NCBI GenBank assembly: GCA_002687735.1
Contig: NZBD01000015.1
Span: 54,499-118,498 of the forward strand
Length of the DNA stretch: 64,000 nt
Origin: Candidatus Iainarchaeum sp.
GTDB taxonomy: Archaea > Iainarchaeota > Iainarchaeia > Iainarchaeales > Iainarchaeaceae
Direction of reading: 5' to 3'
Of the stretch, positions 29,231-38,457 are shown in pieces. The first letter of the stretch is position 1. Every line of letters starts with the position of its first letter. The notes under the pieces were generated by a model. The model worked only from the letters and a program-made list of their open reading frames with translations. It was not told where the DNA came from and made no database searches. The position numbers and the translations under genes are program-made.

Positions 29231-29500
29231 TTAGAGTTTGAATGTGTTTTGGAGTTGTTCTTGAGTTATTTCTTTTAGGAGAATTTTTTTCTTTCTGTTT
29301 TTTTCTCCGCTTTTGATTTCTATTTTGGTTTGAAACAATTTCTCAAGCTCTTGGATCAGCTCTTTATTAGCTGCTCCTTTCAATGCTTTTTCTTTTACCT
29401 TGACTCGCAAGGCTTTTGTCCATTGGTTCAGACTAATTCTGAACTCCTTCGAATTTGGAATAACTTCCAAACTCAATTCAATATTTTTCAATTGTTTCAA
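29231..29500 (-). CDS. DUF167 (YggU-like) protein
   Basis: V.PNS...LRVKV...KGAANKEL...SGEK.R.K. Confidence 0.8.
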   Translation of the reverse strand: MKQLKNIELSLEVIPNSKEFRISLNQWTKALRVKVKEKALKGAANKELIQELEKLFQTKIEIKSGEKNRKKKILLKEITQEQLQNTFKL

Positions 29501-29677
29501 GTTGATTAATCACTAATAACTCAATAATTTTTTCAACTGTAAAAACACAAAAACCTAATTCTTGGTTAAGTGTAATTAGTTCCCTTAGGAACTCTAAATA
29601 TAAATCGCCACGGAAATCTATATTAATGTTGCTTTTTTGAGCCTAAAATGGCTTAAAACCGGTTATTTTGGGTTTTA

Positions 29678-29860
29678 CTACACTCTTACAGCTTTTCCTC
29701 TAATTTTTTTATACTTTATTCCATCAATTATAAATTCTTTTCCGTTTGGCATATTTCGTATTGCTGCCTGTATCTTAGCCTTATGCTTGGCAGTAATACT
29801 TTGTCTTCTTTTTGGCCCTGGATTGTGTGATCGTGGAATTTTATCCCCTTTTTTTGACAT
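29678..29860 (-). CDS. Small basic hypothetical protein
   Basis: ATG-started 60-aa Lys/Arg-rich ORF filling an intergenic gap. Confidence 0.45.
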   Translation of the reverse strand: MSKKGDKIPRSHNPGPKRRQSITAKHKAKIQAAIRNMPNGKEFIIDGIKYKKIRGKAVRV

Positions 29861-29923
29861 TATGAAAATTCAGTTTCTTATTTCACATTAAATTAAATAC
29901 TCGCAAATATATATTCTTTCTTG

Positions 29924-30331
29924 ATGGCTCGTTACAACAAAGGCGCGAATGCTGAAAGGGAACTAATCAGAATGTTTTGGAAAGAAGGTTTTGCTGTTGC
30001 AAGAACCGCTGGTTCCGGAAAGAATGCTCTCCCAATGCCTGATTTAATTGCTTTGAATAAAAACCGTAAGATCGTGATTGAAGCTAAAGCCTGGCGTTCT
30101 AATTATTTGAACATTAATTTTGAACAAATGGAAGAACTCCTAAAATGGAAAGAAATTGCTAATGCTGAGGTTTTTGTTGCCTGGAAATACCCGAATAAGG
30201 GCTGGTTTTTCATTGATCCTAAGCATTTCAAAAAGAACAAGCATTATTCTCTTTCATTTCCCAAAGCTCAGAAAGTTGGTGTTGTTTTTGAGGTTTTTAT
30301 CGGAACGCAAAGTCAGTTAAGTCAGTCTTAA
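29924..30331 (+). CDS. hjc: Holliday junction resolvase Hjc
   Basis: KGANAEREL..GFAVAR.AGSG..PDLIA..IEAK. Confidence 0.92.
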   Translation: MARYNKGANAERELIRMFWKEGFAVARTAGSGKNALPMPDLIALNKNRKIVIEAKAWRSNYLNINFEQMEELLKWKEIANAEVFVAWKYPNKGWFFIDPKHFKKNKHYSLSFPKAQKVGVVFEVFIGTQSQLSQS

Positions 30332-30359
30332 AAATCCTCCTGAACTTAATTTCTATTGT

Positions 30360-30491
30360 ATGTTGGAACTCGAATTAATTATTGCTCAGCTTGAAAGACA
30401 GTATGAAAAAGAAAAGAGCATAAGAAAGAAAATCAATCTTGAAACTGCTATTAGTGCTTTGAAAGAATACGAGCGATTAAATCAGGAATAA
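30360..30491 (+). CDS. 43-aa helical small protein (not in ORF track)
   Basis: MLELELIIAQLERQYEKEKSIRKKINLETAISALKEYERLNQE; fills the gap after hjc. Confidence 0.45.
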   Translation: MLELELIIAQLERQYEKEKSIRKKINLETAISALKEYERLNQE

Positions 30492-30506
30492 TTTTTTTTG
30501 CTAATT

Positions 30507-31160
30507 TTAGATCACAGTTGCAACAAAAAGCATTGTCACCGCTATTAATGCCATTATAGTCATTACAATCACAGTGTCAATTGCTAATGGGTTTCCAAAG
30601 TTAACGAAAAATAAAAACGCGTCTCCTATTCCAAATAATATTCCTAGTGCGAGTAAAGAATTTCCAATCAGCTTGTTCCTTCCGCCAATTCCCTTTAGCC
30701 TTACTTCATCCATATCTATCTGAACCTGCCTTACCGCTTCTCCTAATTCATTTAGTTTATTTTTGACACGTTCATTCAGGTCGTTTACTTTATGGATGTT
30801 ATCTCCAATCTGTTCCTGGAATGTTTTGCTCTGCCCTGTAATGTCTTTTTCATATTCTTTTAAATCACTTATAACGGCTTTTGTTAATTGCTGTCTTGAG
30901 TCATCAGCAGTATTCATTGCTTCTTCCTGAATGAATTTTTTTAGTGTTGGTTTTTCCTGTTCAAGTTCACTCTGGACAATTTTTTTTATTTCTCCTTTTA
31001 ATAATGCAAAAGTATCTGCCTGGCCTAAAAGTAAAAGTCGTTTTGCTTTTTCAGGTTCAACTCCTAAATCTTTCAGCGTGCTGATTATTTTTTCTTCGCT
31101 TTCCCCTTCCTTTACCATCTTTTCGATGATTTCTATAATGCTTGTTTCTTGTTTTGCCAT
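30507..31160 (-). CDS. Coiled-coil protein with two C-terminal TM helices
   Basis: Heptad-rich sequence, C-terminal TMs. Confidence 0.7.
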   Translation of the reverse strand: MAKQETSIIEIIEKMVKEGESEEKIISTLKDLGVEPEKAKRLLLLGQADTFALLKGEIKKIVQSELEQEKPTLKKFIQEEAMNTADDSRQQLTKAVISDLKEYEKDITGQSKTFQEQIGDNIHKVNDLNERVKNKLNELGEAVRQVQIDMDEVRLKGIGGRNKLIGNSLLALGILFGIGDAFLFFVNFGNPLAIDTVIVMTIMALIAVTMLFVATVI

Positions 31161-31162
31161 TT

Positions 31163-31822
31163 TTATTCCACCATTATTACTTGTAATAAACGTTCGTTAG
31201 TATTTGAGGAACTCACATTAAAATAGATTGTGGTTTCCCCTTTCTGAGTTGGTAATAGGGCGTATTGTGTTTTTCCACATTCATCAGGCCCTAAGTTTAG
31301 AATATCTTTTTGAGGCGGTTCTGAAAAGAACCCGTTTTCGTGTTCCTCTTCTACAGTGAACTGCTGTTCTTTTTTCGATTTGTTGCAAATATCAAGTGAA
31401 ACCCTGAATGTTTTTCCAAATAGTATGTCGCTTGGAAAGTTTGCTTTTATTGTTGTTTCTCCTTTTGCCCTTATTGCAATTAATTTTTCAATAGTAGAAT
31501 GATAAGGAGCACTAATAACCAGAGTAACCTGGTTTCGGTTAAGTTCATTTAAATGAAGCAGTATTTTTTCCTGCGGTGCTAAAAATCTGAATGTATTAAA
31601 ATCAATTTCAAAGTTTCCTTCTTTATATTTTACCGAAACATTATGGATTACTCGGTCAGTAGTATTAACCAAGTAAATTTCCTTTTCCCCCTCATCTTCA
31701 TTAAATTCTTCCTGGATTTCTAATCCTCCGACAAACAGGAACAAGTAAACTATTATTATTGAAAATGCCAGATAAATAAACAGGAATATTGTGAGTATTT
31801 TTTTTCTTTGTTCTGGAAGCAT
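31163..31822 (-). CDS. Membrane-anchored Ig-like hypothetical protein
   Basis: N-terminal TM, beta-rich ectodomain. Confidence 0.65.
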   Translation of the reverse strand: MLPEQRKKILTIFLFIYLAFSIIIVYLFLFVGGLEIQEEFNEDEGEKEIYLVNTTDRVIHNVSVKYKEGNFEIDFNTFRFLAPQEKILLHLNELNRNQVTLVISAPYHSTIEKLIAIRAKGETTIKANFPSDILFGKTFRVSLDICNKSKKEQQFTVEEEHENGFFSEPPQKDILNLGPDECGKTQYALLPTQKGETTIYFNVSSSNTNERLLQVIMVE

Positions 31823-31844
31823 AGTTTTAGTAGGCTGTTTTTTC

Positions 31845-32594
31845 TTATAAAACTATTTTTCCACGTTGAAAATCAATTATAAGGATCCTTGCCGCCTCAT
31901 TCATGTTCGGAGTGCCGCCTTTTGCCAGTTTTTTCCGCTTAAATGCAAGTTTTTCTAAAAAATCTTCCCCGTCTTTGGCATTTATTCCATAAAAGCTTTC
32001 GAGTTTTTCAGGGTTGCTTTTCAGTAATTCATTAGCAACTTCTATTCCTGTTCCTTCTAAATCTTCCAGGCTTTGAATGTTTTTTGCTGAAAGCAGAACC
32101 ATAAGAAGTTCATCTTTTTCCTCAAGCGGAATAACTCCCGGACTGTCAATAAGCATTACTTTGGAACTTATTCTCACATACTGCATTCCTTTTGTAAATC
32201 CGGCAATAGCTCCGACTCCTGAACTTTTTTTCCCTTTAAGCATGTTTATTACACTGCTTTTTCCCGTGTTTGGATAACCAACAACTCCTACCTTTACTTC
32301 GTTTTTTCCAGAAAGTTTCCCGATTGCTTCTCTAAGTTTTATTGTTCCCTGTTTCTTTTTTGCAGAAACGAAAACGCTTTTTACTCCAATTAGTTCTTTT
32401 TGTTTCTTTACATTTTCTTCAGAAACAAGATCGGATTTATTCAAAACAAGAAGTAATTTTTTCCCGCTTAATTTAATTATTCGTTCAAGTTCAGCATTCC
32501 TGCTTTTAGTCGGAAACCTAGAATCTATTACTTCAAGTAAGATATCCGCTTCATCAATAACTTTTTTCACTATTTTCAAAAAACCTTTTTTCAT
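31845..32594 (-). CDS. Circularly permuted GTPase (YlqF/RbgA family)
   Basis: NKSD (G4) precedes GYPNTGKS (G1) and DSPG (G3). Confidence 0.92.
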   Translation of the reverse strand: MKKGFLKIVKKVIDEADILLEVIDSRFPTKSRNAELERIIKLSGKKLLLVLNKSDLVSEENVKKQKELIGVKSVFVSAKKKQGTIKLREAIGKLSGKNEVKVGVVGYPNTGKSSVINMLKGKKSSGVGAIAGFTKGMQYVRISSKVMLIDSPGVIPLEEKDELLMVLLSAKNIQSLEDLEGTGIEVANELLKSNPEKLESFYGINAKDGEDFLEKLAFKRKKLAKGGTPNMNEAARILIIDFQRGKIVL

Positions 32595-32597
32595 TTT

Positions 32598-32822
32598 TCA
32601 TAACGCTCCTTTAATCACATGGCCCGCTGTATTGAACAAATAAATCCCGCCAAATATTATTATTGCGAAAATTGCAAAAACTCCTGTTGGGTTTGATCCT
32701 GAAAATACATTGTTTATTGTAAAAATCTGATGCAAGCTTAAAAAGAAAGATAATAACACAAAGCTTCCGAAAACAACAAGTAATCCAATTGCTAAAAATA
32801 AGGTTTTCTTTGGATGAATCAT
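32598..32822 (-). CDS. Small membrane protein
   Basis: Two TM helices, overlapping the pth2 stop. Confidence 0.6.
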   Translation of the reverse strand: MIHPKKTLFLAIGLLVVFGSFVLLSFFLSLHQIFTINNVFSGSNPTGVFAIFAIIIFGGIYLFNTAGHVIKGAL

Positions 32823-33169
32823 AGTAACTTTAGTTCTTTTGTGAATTTATTGATTTCTGATTCCGGAACAGGCCCAATTCCTACCGCGGTTGGCTCTCCT
32901 GCGGCTATCTGCGTTCTTCCTGCATCTTTGATTAATGAGCACGGAAAAAGATTTTTCAGTTCCTGAAACAATTCTAATAATTCTTCTTTTGAATTAACTT
33001 TCAGAACAATTTTTGCCTGTCCCTGATTTTTCCATTCCTCAACTGCTTTGGGATCTTTAATAAGTGTTTTTTCGTATGCCTCTAAACTAGCGTGTGAACT
33101 CTGGGCAGCTATTTTCCCTTTCCCCATTCCAAGGTCCTTTCTAAGAATAATAACTTGCTTGTATTCCAT
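32819..33169 (-). CDS. pth2: Peptidyl-tRNA hydrolase Pth2
   Basis: RKDLGMGKGKIAAQSSHA, DAGRTQ, GIGP. Confidence 0.95.
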   Translation of the reverse strand: MEYKQVIILRKDLGMGKGKIAAQSSHASLEAYEKTLIKDPKAVEEWKNQGQAKIVLKVNSKEELLELFQELKNLFPCSLIKDAGRTQIAAGEPTAVGIGPVPESEINKFTKELKLL

Positions 33170-33250
33170 GGAAAACATTAGTTCGGGAGAGAATTTAAGG
33201 CTATCCTGCTCACAGAAATTATACTGCTGAATTTAAGATAAAGAGTAATT

Positions 33251-33754
33251 TTATTGAAAAAGATTCTGCATTGGGCTTGCAGTTGTTTCTTGTTTTGTTT
33301 CGGTTTCAGAAGTTGTTTCTTGGACTGGTGTTTCTTCCGTTGCTTCAGATTCCTGTATTGGTTCTTCTTTTTCTTCAGGTTCCTGTTTGGTTTCTTCAGC
33401 AACTCTGTCTCTCATTTCCGTCGGAGCTATCCCCTTGTAAACGATTTTTTTGGTCATTCCTTTTTCTCCCCATAAGTAGGCTAATGTTTCTTCCTGACCT
33501 TTATTTGCCCAGAGAGTTTTGTCTTTTATTTGGTTTTCACCAGGATTTTTTAAAGTGAATAAAGTGCTATAACCAAGTTTTACCCTGTCGCCCTGTACTT
33601 GTAATACTTTGAAAACAGATTCATCATTGCCATTTCCCTGAATCCTGTCAAACCCTTCGTTTTCTGAAGCAGTATATTCTTCAGTAGCAATGTCTTTTTT
33701 GAACGGCGGAGCCCAGTCTGCTTTAATAGTTTTAACCTCAAAAATTGCCTTCAT
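33251..33754 (-). CDS. Hypothetical protein with acidic tail
   Basis: Long ORF with upstream TATA-like sequence. Confidence 0.65.
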   Translation of the reverse strand: MKAIFEVKTIKADWAPPFKKDIATEEYTASENEGFDRIQGNGNDESVFKVLQVQGDRVKLGYSTLFTLKNPGENQIKDKTLWANKGQEETLAYLWGEKGMTKKIVYKGIAPTEMRDRVAEETKQEPEEKEEPIQESEATEETPVQETTSETETKQETTASPMQNLFQ

Positions 33755-33859
33755 TCTAGGAGTAAGTCTCCCGAGGTTTATATATTTTCTGGTTCGGGAG
33801 GCGTTGTGTAGTAAGTGCTGGTTGATCTGGTTTTTGAAAGCAATAAAGAGTCGAAAAAA

Positions 33860-34195
33860 TTAATTTGATATTAATATCTTGCTTTGAGATAAAGCTGTTG
33901 GTGGGCCATCAGGGTTTTTCTCATCCCATGTTATTATGGCTATATCATATAATCCGTTTTCATATTCGGTAGTGTCTATTAATCCAGTCCAGACATCTCC
34001 TTGATCAGTAGCGAATGATGGAGGCCTCTCAGCTCCAAGAGGAGGCAAGTTTCCGCCTTCAAGGTAATAACCTATAGACTCGGCATCAGCAAACCCATCT
34101 TTTTTAATTGAAAGTCCCCTGTCCAAACTCAAAATATTTCTCACATAAATTTCTAACCGTAGCGTTCTGTATTTCTTCACACAGAGAAGGGTCAT
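33860..34195 (-). pseudogene. Ig-like fragment overlapping the upstream gene, probably frameshifted or truncated
   Basis: 92-nt out-of-frame overlap with 34104..34985; IDTTEYENGLYDI resembles Ig-like surface domains. Confidence 0.4.
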
Positions 34196-34985
34196 TTGCT
34201 TCAGAAGCTACCACTAAATAGCATTTATCTTTTGTCCCTATATTTTGGATAACATTGCATTTTGAATCATCTGCAGATACAATAGCTTCACAGTACAGTT
34301 TATTATCTGAGTTTGATATGTTTTCGCATAGTTGTAAATTACTGTCCTTTCTTGCAAACTCAAAATAACAAGAATCCTTAATATCAATGTCCGTTAATTC
34401 ACCACATTTGCTTGAATCCCCTAATCCAGTAGCCACTTCTTTAGAACAATTGTCTTGTGAATAAAATTCTTCTAAGGGAGGGTCAATTATTTTTCCACAC
34501 AAGGAAAAATCATTTTGTCTTGTTGCAAACGTAAAATAGCACCTATACTTATCTCTTTCACCATTCTCTTCACTAACAGCTAACTCACAAAGAGATGCAT
34601 CATCCAACGATTTTGCTACCTGTACAACGCAATTTTCTTTAGCGTTCTTGAAATTAGTGTCATTAGAAATGTTTTCGCATAAAGAAACATCTCTATTTTT
34701 TTCAGCTAAAACCCAATTACAATGATTTTTAAGCCAAGCACCATTAACTGTATTACAAAATGAGGCATTATTTATTGACTCTTCCTCTATTAATTGTTCA
34801 AGACAGTAAGTTTGGCCTGAAGGAGCATCAATATCATAGCACTCTTGTAGCCCTTGATTATAGGATAATGTTTGTTCCTCTTCCTGCTCTTGAGGAGCAC
34901 CTTGCTCCAAATCCAGGCTTTGAGTCGTACAACCACTCACAAGAACTGCCACCAAAGTAAGCAATCCAATTATTTTCAAATTCAT
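34104..34985 (-). CDS. Cys-repeat lipoprotein
   Basis: LVSGC lipobox; repeated C..I....KD.CY...A....D..LC units. Confidence 0.75.
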   Translation of the reverse strand: MNLKIIGLLTLVAVLVSGCTTQSLDLEQGAPQEQEEEQTLSYNQGLQECYDIDAPSGQTYCLEQLIEEESINNASFCNTVNGAWLKNHCNWVLAEKNRDVSLCENISNDTNFKNAKENCVVQVAKSLDDASLCELAVSEENGERDKYRCYFTFATRQNDFSLCGKIIDPPLEEFYSQDNCSKEVATGLGDSSKCGELTDIDIKDSCYFEFARKDSNLQLCENISNSDNKLYCEAIVSADDSKCNVIQNIGTKDKCYLVVASEANDPSLCEEIQNATVRNLCEKYFEFGQGTFN

Positions 34986-35094
34986 TCTTGAAATTATGTT
35001 TAATTCACTATAAAAAGCTAATCTTTCCTCAAATAGGAACCTCAATGTGTATTATCTACAAAAGCCTAAGTTCACTACATAAGAAACCATTTAT

Positions 35095-35376
35095 CTACAA
35101 CGCCGTAATGAACTGTGTTTTCATCTTGGTTCCTAGTGGCATACCTTGTTTTTTTGCTCTGCTTATTGTTCTTTTTCGCTTTTTTTTAGGGAGTTCTGGT
35201 ATAGAAATTCCTCTTTTTTCCATCCGGCTAATTATAGCAGAAACTGATGATGGACTTGCGTTTTCAAAACCTAGTTTATTGAGTTGTTTTGCTATTCTGT
35301 GTATTGGAATTGGTTTTTCTCTGACAATTTCAAGTATCCATTTTGTTTGGGTTTTTCCCTGAATTTTCTTGAGCAT
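35095..35376 (-). CDS. Small basic HTH-like protein
   Basis: IHRIAKQL..LGF..SPSSVSAIISRM helix pattern; divergent from nurA. Confidence 0.5.
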   Translation of the reverse strand: MLKKIQGKTQTKWILEIVREKPIPIHRIAKQLNKLGFENASPSSVSAIISRMEKRGISIPELPKKKRKRTISRAKKQGMPLGTKMKTQFITAL

Positions 35377-35410
35377 TAGTTAAATTAGTTTTCTGAATAA
35401 GTTAATGGTT

Positions 35411-35423
35411 TCGCACCGGCAAC
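35411..35423 (+). promoter_or_regulatory. TCGCACCGGCAAC motif upstream of nurA-herA
   Basis: Perfect copy 15 nt upstream of TTTAAAAA (35439-35446). Confidence 0.7.
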
Positions 35424-35466
35424 CAACCCTAAATTGATTTAAAAACCTCGAACCTTTGCTTTTACT

Positions 35467-36552
35467 ATGAATATGTCCAAAGTGATTGATTCAGCCGTTG
35501 AAACAATCCATTCAGGAGAGCAAAGAAAAAAGCTGGTTACTGAAAAGCTTACTCCGTTAAAGAATAAAGAATTCTTTTCTCCAGAGCTCCCTGAAAAAGC
35601 ATTAGTGCTTCCGGTTCAAAAGTGGGTTCCTGATTGCACAATCGGAGGCGTTGATTCTGGTTTTGTTGCTAAAAGATTAGCTTCTGTTGATTTGGTTCTT
35701 ATTAGAGCAATGGGTGTTTGTTTTGATTACAAAAACGGAATTGTTGACAAAGCAAATTATTATCCGGGTTATTTTCAGTTTCCGGAACCGCACTTAAGCA
35801 ACAATGCTTTAGAAGAGGATGAAGCCGAACAATCAAAATCTTTAATGCGTTTGAAAGAAGAGGTTAAAGCTTCAAAAAAATTAATAGAAGAACATTCTCC
35901 AAAATATTTGTTTATTGATGGTTCTATTGTTCCTCAGTATCAGGACAAACCCAGAAAAGATTCTAAGTTAACTGATAATTATATCGATATTATTCAGGAG
36001 TTTGAATCGTTTTATGAATTAGCTGAAAAAAATAACTGCACTTTAATTTCCACCGTGGAAGATTCAAGAGGTTCCAGATTTAGGGGGATTATTCAGGATG
36101 AAATTCTTGCAAAAGAAAAAATAGTTGAAAAAGAAAAATTAGAAGGTTTGTTTGATTCTGCTTTTTTAGATTATTTTTTAACAAAAGGAGAACGCTCAAG
36201 CTGTTTCACTTACACTAAAAATATTAAGCAACATCCTGTGCTTTCCGATTTCAGTGAAAAATGGAGCAATCACATTTTCGGTTTGTACATCAAGCCCTCT
36301 AATTACGATAAACCATTGAGAGTTGAATTTATTTCTAAAGGAAATCTGAAAGAAAAAGCTGATGAAGTTGCAAAGGTTGCTTTTGCTTTAAGTTCTTTAC
36401 ACCGAGAATACGCTTATCCAAGCATCCTCATAGAGGCGGACATGCATGCTAAATTGAAGCAGGATGAGATCGAAATTGTTTATAACAAAATAATGGATAA
36501 ATTAGGAAACTCAATTAAATTGAAAATGCGGAGAGACAACAGGCCTTTTTAG
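35467..36552 (+). CDS. nurA: DNA double-strand break repair nuclease NurA
   Basis: GGVDSG, FIDGSI, YAYPSILIEADMHA; upstream of herA. Confidence 0.88.
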   Translation: MNMSKVIDSAVETIHSGEQRKKLVTEKLTPLKNKEFFSPELPEKALVLPVQKWVPDCTIGGVDSGFVAKRLASVDLVLIRAMGVCFDYKNGIVDKANYYPGYFQFPEPHLSNNALEEDEAEQSKSLMRLKEEVKASKKLIEEHSPKYLFIDGSIVPQYQDKPRKDSKLTDNYIDIIQEFESFYELAEKNNCTLISTVEDSRGSRFRGIIQDEILAKEKIVEKEKLEGLFDSAFLDYFLTKGERSSCFTYTKNIKQHPVLSDFSEKWSNHIFGLYIKPSNYDKPLRVEFISKGNLKEKADEVAKVAFALSSLHREYAYPSILIEADMHAKLKQDEIEIVYNKIMDKLGNSIKLKMRRDNRPF

Positions 36553-36574
36553 GTTTTTGCAGGATTTGTTATTT

Positions 36575-36691
36575 ATGCTGTGTCCAAAATGCGGTAATGA
36601 TTCTTTTGAAGATCTTCCTCTTGAAAAAGGAAAACAAAAGAAATGCAAAAAATGCGGTTTTGTAGGAAATCCAATGAGTGATATTACATGA
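36575..36691 (+). CDS. 38-aa CPxCG zinc-ribbon microprotein (not in ORF track)
   Basis: MLCPKCGNDSFEDLPLEKGKQKKCKKCGFVGNPMSDIT; ATGA-coupled to the next gene. Confidence 0.7.
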   Translation: MLCPKCGNDSFEDLPLEKGKQKKCKKCGFVGNPMSDIT

Positions 36692-36870
36692 CTCAGGAAG
36701 GAAAAAAGAAAGTAACTTTCTGTTCAAGCTGCGGTTCTGTAAATATAAAACCAAGTTATGCAATGGGAACAATAGACAACAGAGTTGAGTGTCTGGATTG
36801 CAAAACTTTAGAGTTTCCGATTGAGGCTGAAGAAAAATTCAGGCAGAAATTTTTAGAGGAAAAAAAATGA
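36688..36870 (+). CDS. 60-aa zinc-ribbon protein
   Basis: CSSC...CLDC; ATGA-coupled to herA. Confidence 0.7.
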   Translation: MTQEGKKKVTFCSSCGSVNIKPSYAMGTIDNRVECLDCKTLEFPIEAEEKFRQKFLEEKK

Positions 36871-38408
36871 CTGAAAATGAAGAAATAGGAACTGTAATTT
36901 CTACTCCTGAAGGGCCTTCTCCTAGTTCTTTGGATTTTGTTGTTTACTCAGGAACTTTACACAGAGGAATGTTTATTGAGTTGGATTACAAAGAAGGAAC
37001 TCTTGTAGCGCTAGTCACGGATGTTGTTAAAACAAACCGTTATTTTGAAAGAGTTGAATCAGTTAAAGAATTTGAGAGTTCAGGCACAAAACTTTTCGAA
37101 CAGTTTCCAACTCATGAATGGGAATTCCTTTTAGCAAAAACAAAACCTTTAGGGATTTATAATAAAGGAATGATTAAGCGTTCTTCTTTTCCTCCTTCTC
37201 CGGGAACTAAAGTAAGGGTTGCTACAAAAGAAATTCTCGAAAAGTTTTTAGGTTTAGATTTAGAAAAAGGTTTGATGTTAGGAAATATAGAACATCACGA
37301 TGTTTCAGTAAAATTAAACCTGTCAAGGCTTTTTCAAAAACATTTAGCTATTTTAGCAATGAGCGGAGCTGGAAAAAGTTATGCAATTTCTGTTTTACTT
37401 GAGGAACTTTTGGAAAGAAAAAAAGAGGATGGAAGACTTGCTGTTCTTCTTATGGATGCTCATGGAGAGTACAGGAATTTTGCTGAACCAGTTAAAGGTT
37501 CAGAGTTTAAGGATTTTTCTTCCAAAACAAAGTTTGTAAAAGCATCTGAAATAAGCATTGGGGTTTCTAAACTTTCGGCAGGATCTATTGCGGCAATGGT
37601 TCCTTCAATGTCAGGACCGCAAAAAAGAGATCTTGATAAAGTTTTTATGAGATTAAGAAGTGAAATGAAAGATGGGTTGGGTCCTTTTGATTTTAATGCT
37701 ATAAAATCTGAAATAATGAAAGATTCTGAGATTAAAGAAGCAACAAAACAAGCCTTAATAGGTTGGATTGTTTCCTTAGAACAGTTGAACCTTTTTGGAA
37801 AAACAGATAACCCAAGCATTAATGATTTGGTCAGGCCAGGGGAATTAACAATTATTGATTTGAGTGATGTTGTTGATCTGAAGAAGAAACAAATTATTGT
37901 TTCTTATTTTGCAAGAAAACTTTTCAATGAAAGGCGTAACAAACGCATTTCTCCTTTCACAATGGTTGTGGAAGAAGCGCATCAATTCTGTCCTGAGGGG
38001 GCTTCCAGAGAAGCTGCAATCAGCAGAAGCATTATAGAAACAATTGCAAGAGAAGGAAGAAAGTTTGGAGCTTCAATTTGTTTAATTTCCCAAAGGCCAA
38101 TTAATCTTTCAACAACTGCTTTGTCTCAATGCAACACCCACTTAATTCTAAGAGTAACTAATCCTTATGATCTGAAACATATTGGGGAAACAAGTGAAGG
38201 TCTTGATTCAAGAAGCACTGATATGATAACCTCTTTGAGAACCGGGGAAGCATTAATGGTTGGGGAAGCAGTCAATTATCCTGTTTTTTTTAAGGTTAGA
38301 AAAAGACTTTCTCAGCCTTCTATGCACGAGAAAACTCTGGAAGAGGCTTCTGTTGAGTTTGAGGAAGTAAAGGAAGCTTCTCAAAAGGACATTGAGGATT
38401 TACTCTGA
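36867..38408 (+). CDS. herA: HerA helicase/translocase
   Basis: HAS barrel, HLAILAMSGAGKS, VVEEAHQF, REGRKFG, SQRP. Confidence 0.92.
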   Translation: MTENEEIGTVISTPEGPSPSSLDFVVYSGTLHRGMFIELDYKEGTLVALVTDVVKTNRYFERVESVKEFESSGTKLFEQFPTHEWEFLLAKTKPLGIYNKGMIKRSSFPPSPGTKVRVATKEILEKFLGLDLEKGLMLGNIEHHDVSVKLNLSRLFQKHLAILAMSGAGKSYAISVLLEELLERKKEDGRLAVLLMDAHGEYRNFAEPVKGSEFKDFSSKTKFVKASEISIGVSKLSAGSIAAMVPSMSGPQKRDLDKVFMRLRSEMKDGLGPFDFNAIKSEIMKDSEIKEATKQALIGWIVSLEQLNLFGKTDNPSINDLVRPGELTIIDLSDVVDLKKKQIIVSYFARKLFNERRNKRISPFTMVVEEAHQFCPEGASREAAISRSIIETIAREGRKFGASICLISQRPINLSTTALSQCNTHLILRVTNPYDLKHIGETSEGLDSRSTDMITSLRTGEALMVGEAVNYPVFFKVRKRLSQPSMHEKTLEEASVEFEEVKEASQKDIEDLL

Positions 38409-38457
38409 TTCTTTTTAAAAAGACAATTATTATTAACTAATTCTTCGTTTTTTTTGC

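Noticed and set aside
29605-29617. tcgccacggaaat as another regulon motif copy
   Set aside because: Four mismatches, including the core, and no co-oriented convincing gene at the expected spacing
35467-38408. NurA-HerA as an anti-phage defence system
   Set aside because: Housekeeping context with rad50 nearby fits the canonical archaeal DSB-resection pair
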